A DNA stretch of 24,035 nucleotides from a virus (IMGVR_UViG_3300043452_000034:1-24035), one strand, 5' to 3'. Shown: positions 1 to 6,901, counted from the stretch's first letter. Numbers and translations: made by a program. The notes: generated from the sequence alone by a model not told the origin.

Positions 1-135
1 GCGCTAGCCTCCTCTGCAGCGGGTATACTTAGTTTCACTAAGCCTTTAGCGCAAATATATCCAGCAGCAACAAGCCGTCCCCGGCTTGGTTCGCTAGAAC
101 CCGTGTTGAAACCAGAGGTTTTTCGCTCACAAGAG
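1..135 (-). mobile_element. Partial non-autonomous IS200/IS605-family mini-element (copy B), truncated by window start
   Basis: Minus strand reads TTAC|CTCTTGTGAGCGAAAAACCTCTGGTTTCAACACGGGTTCTAGCGAAC (139..89), matching the left end of copy A at 6059-6104. Positions 1-27 are 25/27 identical to 5857-5883, the start of the omegaRNA-like module. Confidence 0.75.
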
Positions 136-322
136 GTAAAAGCACTTGTTCATCACTGGTGATGGCATGTTCGGCACTGTGCCCTAATTCTCCACAAGGT
201 TCCCAGCATTGCGCAGCATTAGTACAAGCGTACTGTCCCATGGCACTGTTCTGGCAGATATTCGCTGTAAGTTCCTGATTACTACCATCGTCTTTAAACT
301 CGTCTATGTTAACTGTTGTCAT
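38..322 (-). CDS. Hypothetical Cys/His-containing protein (QCWEPCGELGH motif); C-terminus reads into the IS left end
   Basis: ATG with RBS AAAAGGAAAC. The tail SEKPLVSTRVLAN is encoded by the IS left-end hairpin. Confidence 0.7.
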   Translation of the reverse strand: MTTVNIDEFKDDGSNQELTANICQNSAMGQYACTNAAQCWEPCGELGHSAEHAITSDEQVLLPLVSEKPLVSTRVLANQAGDGLLLLDIFALKA

Positions 323-782
323 TGGTTTCCTTTTCTATGCATTCGTCAGCAGATTCTCGTAGTAATGCATCTATTGCACTTTGCGGTACATTATACCCTA
401 TCTTCCTAAGATACTCTAACTTTTCTATGCATTCGTCAGTTGTGTTGCACTCGAAGACTTCTCCAGCATGGGGTAATTCTATGTTAACCAGTGGTATCAA
501 ATTGAGTGTAAATGCATTAAACCAGTTGATTCTTGAGATAAACCAGAATGCAACCATATCCACAATCTTCTTAAACTTAGATTCGAATTCCAGCTCTTGT
601 TTATTGTTGTTCCACTTAGCACCACAGTACTCTAGTACTGGAAAAACAAATCTAATAGGCAACTCCGGAATTGGCTGTATCAGTCTTTTCCTACTTGCTA
701 CATGAATTATTTTGGCGTAGCCTGCATCGTAGACATATACATTCGATTTCCAGTTGTCTGAACTAAAGAGACAATAACTCAT
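309..782 (-). CDS. Hypothetical phage protein (157 aa)
   Basis: ATG overlaps the upstream stop (ATGA). Packed tightly in the minus-strand operon. Confidence 0.8.
   Translation of the reverse strand: MSYCLFSSDNWKSNVYVYDAGYAKIIHVASRKRLIQPIPELPIRFVFPVLEYCGAKWNNNKQELEFESKFKKIVDMVAFWFISRINWFNAFTLNLIPLVNIELPHAGEVFECNTTDECIEKLEYLRKIGYNVPQSAIDALLRESADECIEKETNDNS
330..439. repeat. Perfect 20-bp direct repeat CTTTTCTATGCATTCGTCAG (330-349 and 420-439)
   Basis: Seen directly. Encodes DECIEK twice in the 309..782 protein. Confidence 0.9.
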
Positions 783-979
783 GCTGAGACTTCCACCCCC
801 TTATGTACAGGTACACAGCTCGCATATATTTGACTGAACTTATCTTTCTCTTCAACGAACAGATCGTACCGTTGTTTTAGGTTTTGATTGCAAAACTGCA
901 ACGACTCTGTAGCTGGTAGCGTATGGAATGAGCAGTTCCCTGCCATTGTACAGAAGAAGATGATCGGCATAAATAACAT
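779..979 (-). CDS. Small hypothetical protein with hydrophobic N-terminus (66 aa)
   Basis: ATG at 979 preceded by AAAGGAAAC, a better start than the TTG at 1030. Confidence 0.65.
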   Translation of the reverse strand: MLFMPIIFFCTMAGNCSFHTLPATESLQFCNQNLKQRYDLFVEEKDKFSQIYASCVPVHKGVEVSA

Positions 980-1157
980 TTGTTTCCTTTCATTTACTGA
1001 TAATTGATTGTAGTGTGTTTCTGCTTCCAAAACGAGGTCTCATTTCCCAGTTGTATTCTAGCAAAGAATTATGAGCATTCCCAAATAAATCAAACTTATC
1101 TCTTGAAAATACAACTTTCGGAGAATGTTTGTGAATCTTCAAATACCAGACTATACA

Positions 1158-1295
1158 CTACTTAAAAGTGTTTTCGAACCTAGCGTCAAAATCGTATAAT
1201 ACCTGATTTGCATATTTTGCAGCGGTTGTAGTAGTTACGCAGTTAGATGACCCCGCTGCAGCAATTGCCACTTGCATCCACAAAGTTCTTCTCAT
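1158..1295 (-). CDS. Small hypothetical protein MRRTLWMQVAIAAAGSSNCV...FDARFENTFK (45 aa), not in ORF track
   Basis: ATG at 1295 with GGAGAGG upstream. Fills the operon gap. TAG stop at 1160..1158. Confidence 0.55.
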   Translation of the reverse strand: MRRTLWMQVAIAAAGSSNCVTTTTAAKYANQVLYDFDARFENTFK

Positions 1296-1363
1296 CTGAT
1301 TGTACCTCTCCGTTCCTAATTTCTTACCAAGAACCTGCCTCTATTTCAATGTGTGAATGCACT

Positions 1364-1777
1364 TCATACTGACTCCCTTACTTTGTTAGTGGACTCAAAC
1401 TGCTTTTTAAACTGTTTAATTAACAATGGGTGCATGTGCGGATATTGGTCAGGGATGCCCAAAACTTTACATTTATAATCAAATTCTTGCTGATTGAAGT
1501 TCGCACAAGCAGTGTTGTAATTCTCCCTGTTAACAAAAACTACCAAGTCAGCCCAGTCAATCAGTAGTTGTGTAAGAGGAATAAGCGCCATGCTGTTTGT
1601 ACCTGCACAACGAGTATTGTATTTCTTGGCGTACATCCGTGCCCCTGTAGCACTACGAAGAATACCAATGGAGCAAACAAACAATACTTTTTTGTCTGTA
1701 CCTTGATAGGGGTTACTGACTACGCCGCCACTAAATCTTTTTATTTTAGCTGTAAGTGTTGTCTCTTCATTCTGCAT
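1364..1777 (-). CDS. Low-molecular-weight protein tyrosine phosphatase / ArsC-like protein
   Basis: P-loop motif VLFVCSIGILRS (CX5R), plus WAD and IPD motifs typical of the LMW-PTP fold. RBS AAAGGA. Confidence 0.8.
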   Translation of the reverse strand: MQNEETTLTAKIKRFSGGVVSNPYQGTDKKVLFVCSIGILRSATGARMYAKKYNTRCAGTNSMALIPLTQLLIDWADLVVFVNRENYNTACANFNQQEFDYKCKVLGIPDQYPHMHPLLIKQFKKQFESTNKVRESV

Positions 1778-1781
1778 AGTA

Positions 1782-2201
1782 TTATTTATCCTTTACCGCG
1801 TATCGAATTAAAAATTGCTTGAAATCTTTTGCATTTAACCCATGCAGAGCTTTATCAACTGCAGCGGCAATCTCGGTGCTTCTTGTAGAAACACAATCAG
1901 CAAATACCCTTGCTACAGTACATTGGTTAGTGTCAAAATGATTGGGTTGCTTAAATAGTGCATAGTTAATTGATGACTTATCGGTCAGTAGTCTACTTAC
2001 CTCAGATTTAAGAAAATCTAGGTGCTGTGATTTAATACTGTCTTCGACACATTGGCTTAAGATTTCGTATGCGCCGTTTGAGAAAATACGTTTCATTGTA
2101 TTCTCTGTTTGCTTGTTTGTGAATTGACGAATTTCGCTAAGTATTACTTCTTTAATTTCATCTTTAGAAACATAATCTTCAAGGTTAATCTCAAAATTCA
2201 T
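1782..2201 (-). CDS. Hypothetical protein (139 aa)
   Basis: ATG at 2201 overlaps the upstream TAA (TAATG), with AGGTGG upstream. Confidence 0.75.
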   Translation of the reverse strand: MNFEINLEDYVSKDEIKEVILSEIRQFTNKQTENTMKRIFSNGAYEILSQCVEDSIKSQHLDFLKSEVSRLLTDKSSINYALFKQPNHFDTNQCTVARVFADCVSTRSTEIAAAVDKALHGLNAKDFKQFLIRYAVKDK

Positions 2202-2884
2202 TAAACACCACCTGCCAAAAAGTAGCACAGCTTGTTAGCCATGAGCTGGCAATGTTTCGCTGGAACACAAGCAGTGTAAGCAGCAGCAGCACCAGCAGCG
2301 TAAGCACCAGCGTAAGCAGCGTAAGCAGAGTAAGCAGCAGCGTAAGCAGCATCAGCGTAAGCAGCATCAGCGTAAGCGTAAACATCAGGAGCAGTTTTCC
2401 ACTCCTCTTGACTAACTTCTGCACCTGTAGAAGCTTTGCGGAACAGCTCTGCTACTGTAATAACAGCAGGGTTTTGACTGTGCCCGCAAACCCTATGCTC
2501 CGCATCGGCTAGCATCCAATAGGTAAACCGATACCAAACCTGGCTGGTATCTATACCCTCCTGCACAGAGCCGAAAAGCTTCACTGTCCAGTCCTTATAA
2601 CCTGGTGAGGGTAACCTCTCAAAGATAACATCAGACAGGTATGCAATTCTCGCATCGATACCGAATAGCGCAGGGTATTCGGTATGTTTACCCTGAGCCA
2701 TGCAGCCTACGCTGCAACCTCTCCAACCTTTAGGGGTATCTTTACCATAGGTGCCCTTCAGATAGTGGTCTTGCTGTCTGTGCCATTTTGCAAATGCTAC
2801 AGCTTCAGTTTTGTTCAGTTTCGAGTTGGTGAATGCTAATAAAGATGGCATCCGTGTAGCGGATAAATTGCTTTGTAATTGCAT
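2201..2884 (-). CDS. Ala-rich repeat protein, paralog 1 (GTYG..GCSVGCM domain)
   Basis: RBS AAAGGAATCAT-ATG. Shares the N-terminal domain and the KLCYFL(A/S)GGV C-terminus with 4242..4895 and 4951..5676. Confidence 0.85.
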   Translation of the reverse strand: MQLQSNLSATRMPSLLAFTNSKLNKTEAVAFAKWHRQQDHYLKGTYGKDTPKGWRGCSVGCMAQGKHTEYPALFGIDARIAYLSDVIFERLPSPGYKDWTVKLFGSVQEGIDTSQVWYRFTYWMLADAEHRVCGHSQNPAVITVAELFRKASTGAEVSQEEWKTAPDVYAYADAAYADAAYAAAYSAYAAYAGAYAAGAAAAYTACVPAKHCQLMANKLCYFLAGGV

Positions 2885-2922
2885 ATGATTCCTTTGAAAG
2901 CTAAGATGATTGGATTATACAC
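2885..2922 (-). promoter_or_regulatory. Early-gene promoter/leader cassette (-10 TATAAT, CATCT, RBS)
   Basis: GTGTATAAT-CCAAT-CATCT-TAGCTTTCAAAGGAATCATATG. Similar cassettes at 5677-5716 and 6308-6351. Confidence 0.6.
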
Positions 2923-2978
2923 CCGTTTTAAGAGCCTGACCTAAATATTATAAAATATTTAAACCACCCTGCAGGTGT

Positions 2979-3015
2979 AAAAAATCCCTATGTAGAATTA
3001 ACTACACAAGGATTT
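2979..3015 (-). terminator. Intrinsic terminator after the ClpP-like gene
   Basis: AAATCCTTGTGTAG-TTAATT-CTACATAGGGATTT stem (two G-U pairs) ending in a T6 run. Confidence 0.7.
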
Positions 3016-3018
3016 GAC

Positions 3019-3699
3019 TTACCGCTTCACCGTTCCTGATAAGGAGCGAGAAACTTGCTCTTTATTTATCTTTTTCTGCAAGTCTGCTCTACGCTTCAAC
3101 CGCTTCATTATTTCAGGAGATTCAAAATAGAAATCTTTACCGAGAAACAAATCTCGCATTTCATCATCGGATAAAAATCCTGTGTAGAACTCCTTAAACA
3201 GGTCATGGCAAATTTTTACACTAGCGTCAACTGAGCTGATTACTTCCTGTAATTTTCCATAACTACCGAGAGACGCATTGTGGATCATAAGCCTTGCCCG
3301 TCCGCACACTTGTAACGTTGGCATGGCAAGAGCTAAAATACTATGTGCGCTGGCTGCCATTCCTGTTAGTATTCCTACTACAGCGGCATCTGTACAACTG
3401 ATTGCATTAATGATTTCAAGGCTGGTATCAGTGTCCCCACCGGGGCCACCAATAAAGAATCTTACGGTGTCGTTAGCATCAGCGTTATACAACAACTGTA
3501 GCAATTGCCTATGCTCAGATTTTGCACCAATCGGTTGATCTAGGTGGTAGTCATAACAAAGACTTTTCTTGACGTTGACAAAAAGATTTTTTCCAATTTG
3601 CCTGCTTGTACTCAAATCTTCTTGATCCTGATTTTCATCCTCTTCGTTATTTCTTAAGGAGTATCTTCCGTGGAGCTGTGCACTTCGTTTTAATTTCAA
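3019..3699 (-). CDS. ClpP-like (Clp protease/crotonase fold) serine protease
   Basis: Motifs FIGGPGG, GMAASA (catalytic Ser), LMIH (catalytic His), KDFYF. TTG start with AAGGGG RBS. Confidence 0.8.
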   Translation of the reverse strand: MKLKRSAQLHGRYSLRNNEEDENQDQEDLSTSRQIGKNLFVNVKKSLCYDYHLDQPIGAKSEHRQLLQLLYNADANDTVRFFIGGPGGDTDTSLEIINAISCTDAAVVGILTGMAASAHSILALAMPTLQVCGRARLMIHNASLGSYGKLQEVISSVDASVKICHDLFKEFYTGFLSDDEMRDLFLGKDFYFESPEIMKRLKRRADLQKKINKEQVSRSLSGTVKR

Positions 3700-3811
3700 G
3701 TTGACCCCTTTGATTTGTTACAAAACCTACGTGCTTCTATGGCTACAAACAAACACAGCGCGATAAATTTTCTTTTTAAGGAAAGAGTTAAATATTCTAG
3801 GCCTTGAATCA

Positions 3812-4159
3812 TTAAATTGTACTCGCTCTAGGACGGCCAGCTTTTCTAGGCTCAGAAATGGGTTTATCGGTCGTGAACATTACAGTCGGTGTAAAGGGTT
3901 CGCGGTGTTCTGAGAAGCCTTCTGGTGCAGTTAAGTTTGCAACTAGCTCGAACGATTTACTCGGTTCAGTTTGGGGGGCTAAAAACAAAACAGGAATTTG
4001 CTTACCTTGCCCTCTACCAACCATGCAACTGTAAAACCCCATTCCACCGTGTGGAATTGAGTCATTGTCTCCAAAGTCGATTTCCCAACCAGACTTAACT
4101 TCAGCCTGAATTTTTTGCACAAACTCTGACAGTGAGTAAGCTTCAATAGTTTTTTTCAT
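3812..4159 (-). CDS. Hypothetical protein (115 aa) with basic RKAGRPR tail
   Basis: RBS AAAGGAA, with TATAAT upstream at about 4188-4193. Confidence 0.75.
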   Translation of the reverse strand: MKKTIEAYSLSEFVQKIQAEVKSGWEIDFGDNDSIPHGGMGFYSCMVGRGQGKQIPVLFLAPQTEPSKSFELVANLTAPEGFSEHREPFTPTVMFTTDKPISEPRKAGRPRASTI

Positions 4160-4241
4160 TCAATTCCTTTTTAAAATATTGCAACAAATTATAATACACT
4201 AAACTGCATTTTCACCGCGAATGTCCATTCAGCTACTGTCA

Positions 4242-4895
4242 TCAAACACCGCCCGAAAGAAAGTAGCAAAGCTTATCGGACATTAGTTGATAATGCTTTG
4301 TCCTAGCACTACTATAATAAGAAACAGCAGCAGCACGAGCAGCAGCATCAACAGCATCAGCAGAACGAACAGCAGCATGAACAGCGTAAGCAGCATAAGC
4401 AGCAGCGTAAGCAGCAGCAGCGTAAGTATCATCAGCAGCAGTTTTCCACTCTGTTGGACTACCCTCTGCACCCTCAGCGGCTTTGCGGAACAGCTCTGCT
4501 ACTGCTGTTACTGCAGGGTTTTGGCTGTGCCCGCAAACCCTATGCTCCGCATCGGCTAGCATCCAATAGGTAAACCGATACCAAACCTGGCTGGTATCTA
4601 TACCCTCTTTTACAGACTCGAACAACTTTACTGTCCAGTCTTTGTAATCTGGCGAAGGTAAGCCTTCAAAAATTTGATCGGAGAGGTAAGCAATCCTTGG
4701 ATCAACGCCGAATAGCTCAGGATAATCATCATGTTTACCCTTCGCCATGCAGCCTACACTGCAGCCTTTCCACCCTGTAGAGGTTTCTTCACCATAGGTA
4801 CCCTTTAGATAGCTATCCTGCAGATAATGCTGCTCTGCGATGGCTACAGCCTCTGCTTTTGTGTAGGTTGAGTTTACGAAGGCTAGTGTTGTCAT
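4242..4895 (-). CDS. Ala-rich repeat protein, paralog 2
   Basis: Same domain architecture as paralogs 1 and 3. Confidence 0.85.
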   Translation of the reverse strand: MTTLAFVNSTYTKAEAVAIAEQHYLQDSYLKGTYGEETSTGWKGCSVGCMAKGKHDDYPELFGVDPRIAYLSDQIFEGLPSPDYKDWTVKLFESVKEGIDTSQVWYRFTYWMLADAEHRVCGHSQNPAVTAVAELFRKAAEGAEGSPTEWKTAADDTYAAAAYAAAYAAYAVHAAVRSADAVDAAARAAAVSYYSSARTKHYQLMSDKLCYFLSGGV

Positions 4896-4950
4896 AATTA
4901 ACTTTCAGTTTATTGCTTGCGGTATTGCTTGTGATTATTAGACTAGACTA

Positions 4951-5676
4951 TCAAACACCACCGGCAAGAAAGTAGCACAACTTATCAGCCATAATCGGGT
5001 AATGCTTTATACGAGCATCAATAGCAGCACCAGCAGCGTAAGCTGCATCAGCAGCATCAGCAGCAGCAGAAGCAATATAAGCAGAGTAAGCAGCAGCATA
5101 AGCTGCATCAGCGGCACGAGCACCAGCAGCACCAGCAGCACCAGCAGCGTAAGCAGAGTAAGCAGCAGCGTAAGCAGCATCAGCACCAGCAGCAGCAGCG
5201 TAAGCAGCATCAGCAGCAGCTTCCCATTCTATTGGGCTAACCTCTGCACCTGCAAAAGCTTTGCGAAACAGCTCTGCTACTACAATAATATTAGGGTGTT
5301 TGCTAGACTTACACGCCCCATGATCTGCATCAGCCAGTATCCAGTAGGTAAAACGATACCAAGCCAGCTTGGTATCTATACCCTCCTGCACAGACTCGAA
5401 CAACTTTACTGTCCAGTCCTTGTAATCTGGTGAGGGTAAACCCTCAAAAATTTGATCTGAGAGGTAAGCAATTCTCGCATCGATACCGAACAGTTTAGGG
5501 TAATCACAGTGATTACCCTTCGCCATGCAGCCTACACTGCAGCCTTTCCAGCCCTCAGGGGTATCTTTACCGTAGGTACCCTTTAAATAGCTATCCTGCA
5601 GACGGTGCTGCTTTGCGAGGGCTACAGCTTCGGCTTTGCTGTAGGTTGAGTTTACGAAGGCTAGTGAAACTGGCAT
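4951..5676 (-). CDS. Ala-rich repeat protein, paralog 3 (longest repeat tract)
   Basis: RBS AAAGGAATCAT-ATG. Same architecture. Confidence 0.85.
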   Translation of the reverse strand: MPVSLAFVNSTYSKAEAVALAKQHRLQDSYLKGTYGKDTPEGWKGCSVGCMAKGNHCDYPKLFGIDARIAYLSDQIFEGLPSPDYKDWTVKLFESVQEGIDTKLAWYRFTYWILADADHGACKSSKHPNIIVVAELFRKAFAGAEVSPIEWEAAADAAYAAAAGADAAYAAAYSAYAAGAAGAAGARAADAAYAAAYSAYIASAAADAADAAYAAGAAIDARIKHYPIMADKLCYFLAGGV

Positions 5677-5716
5677 ATGATTCCTTTAAAAGTTGAGATG
5701 ACAGAATTATAGCACA
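5677..5716 (-). promoter_or_regulatory. Extended -10 promoter and leader cassette
   Basis: TGTGCTATAAT-TCTGT-CATCT-CAACTTTTAAAGGAATCATATG (TGn-TATAAT). Confidence 0.65.
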
Positions 5717-5883
5717 AAACAGATTTGACACCGACCCATGGCTTTAGCCCGAGGATTCCCACTATTGGAAGGCCATGCCCGACCTCGGTGCCTTGCGGCA
5801 CCTCATTCACTACACCAGCTTTGCCGGTAAAACACTGCGTGTTTGCAGTCTCGACGGCGCTAGCCTCTTCTACAGCGGGTATA
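5705..5883 (-). ncRNA. Putative TnpB omegaRNA/reRNA scaffold (5883..5725) plus guide (5724..5705)
   Basis: Closing stem CCCGCTGT/ATAGTGGG. Hairpins ACTGC/GCAGT, TACCGGC/GCTGGTG, GGTGCC-GCAA-GGCACC and AGGTCG-GGCA-TGGCCT, whose loop can pair with TGTC just before the terminal AA. Overlapping frame resembles TnpB C-terminal tails (GHGLPIVGI...GVK). Confidence 0.6.
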
Positions 5884-6106
5884 TTTTCTCTCATCTGATT
5901 TCTCCAAGCTACTTTAAACAAAAGCCTTTCGGCTTTGACAATTTAAGAAAGCATGCGCCTAATGGCAAATGTGTTCATACTTTTTTGCACTGATTCTAGC
6001 ATGCTTTCCCGGCAGGAACTGATGGTTGACTGAATTACAGGGTCTTTACGTGAATTCAGTTCGCTAGACCCCTGGTTGAAACCCGAGGCTTTTCGCTCAA
6101 AGAGAA
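5725..6106 (-). mobile_element. Non-autonomous IS200/IS605-family mini-element (copy A, about 380 bp, no tnpA or tnpB)
   Basis: Left end TCAC|...GAGCGA-AAAG-CCTCGGGTTTCAACCAGGGG hairpin. Right end GG-GAAT-CCTCGGGCTAAAGCCATGGG-TCGGTG-TCAA. The AAAG guide and the GAAT/TCAA guide-cleavage pair are the IS608-type signatures. Confidence 0.75.
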
Positions 6107-6307
6107 GTGATTGATCATACACTCCTGTTTGTTGTAGCTGCATCTGTACCCGGTTCCATCAGTCTCGTAAAATCTCAGTACGCGGCCCTGCTTATCGAGA
6201 GTGCAATCCCACCCCGTGCCATCAACTCCCCGATAACTCAGTTGGCGCAACTGCTTGTCGATTGTGCAGCCCCGTGACCTGTTTAGCGGTGTGTATTCCT
6301 CCGGCAT
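6056..6307 (-). CDS. Small hypothetical protein (83 aa, two DGTG motifs); C-terminus reads into the IS left end
   Basis: ATG at 6307 with AAAGGAAA RBS. Ends SEKPRVSTRGLAN. Confidence 0.7.
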   Translation of the reverse strand: MPEEYTPLNRSRGCTIDKQLRQLSYRGVDGTGWDCTLDKQGRVLRFYETDGTGYRCSYNKQECMINHFSLSEKPRVSTRGLAN

Positions 6308-6351
6308 AATAAAATTTCCTTTAAAAATTAAGATGCTGCGATAATAGCACA
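6308..6351 (-). promoter_or_regulatory. Third copy of the early promoter/leader cassette
   Basis: TGTGCTATTAT-CGCAG-CATCT-TAATTTTTAAAGGAAATTTTATTATG. Confidence 0.55.
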
Positions 6352-6407
6352 CTTTCAAACCAGCATGCCAATACTTGACTGATCCGCATGGGTATTCCTT
6401 GCCGGGC

Positions 6408-6447
6408 AAAAAGAAACCCCGCTGCAACGTGATAGCTGGGCGGGGTT
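6408..6447 (-). terminator. Terminator-like hairpin
   Basis: AACCCCGC-17 nt-GCGGGGTT followed by TCTTTTT. Confidence 0.55.
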
Positions 6448-6872
6448 CAAATGCAAACAACCAGCATATTTTAGACGTAGCTATAGCGGGTGGCCGTGTC
6501 GTTCTCCCTGCAGGAAGGAAACTACGCCGTACACCGTATCTCTATTGCGGGGCTATTCATCATTGCAGCAATTAATATCTGAAATAATAAATATAAAACA
6601 ATAACTACAGGCTATTATTAAACTTCTGTCCGTATCCACAACTAAGCAACTCCATAAGAGAGAATGTTCATCGAGATCGCCTGCAACGCTTCCGCCACCA
6701 TATTCAAGCAATGTCTACGCTAGTCCCCGTTCCAAAGGCTAGCACCCACAAGTTGGTCTTTCATGCAGGGTTGTCTTTCTTAACATGCTACCCGATTTCA
6801 AGGTCAATAGCTGCTTGCTGAGTATCAGCGCTGCTGTTAGAGCAATAGCTTATATTTGTTGCTATATACCTT

Positions 6873-6901
6873 ATTGTATCACAATATTTTTGTAAAATCA
6901 A
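6873..6901 (-). promoter_or_regulatory. Leftward sigma70-like promoter
   Basis: TTGATT-17 nt-TACAAT with TGn extension. Confidence 0.7.

Noticed and set aside
2272-5220. CRISPR array interpretation of the AGC/GCT repeats
   Set aside because: No constant repeat with unique spacers. These are codon-level coding repeats.
2191-5433. Leu-rich and Ser-rich ORFs (2191..2424, 2252..2512, 4283..4471, 4287..4559, 5002..5433, 5007..5210)
   Set aside because: Shadow frames of the GCT repeats in the Ala-rich genes, with no independent RBS.
2201-5676. Diversity-generating retroelement (TR/VR) explanation for the paralogs
   Set aside because: No reverse transcriptase in the window, differences are not adenine-specific, and all three copies are full ORFs.
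5725-6106. IStron (group I intron-IS chimera)
   Set aside because: Too short and no group I core motifs between the ends.
5661-6143. ORFs 5661..5921, 5775..5993 and 5943..6143 as genes
   Set aside because: They lie in the mini-element. 5661..5921 is at most the residual TnpB-tail frame overlapping the RNA, with no RuvC or Zn-finger motifs.
6355-6786. Minus-strand frame of ~144 codons interrupted only by four TAG codons
   Set aside because: No RBS, unprotein-like composition, and it crosses a terminator. Long genes contain no internal TAG and several genes end in TAG, so genome-wide TAG recoding is unsupported.
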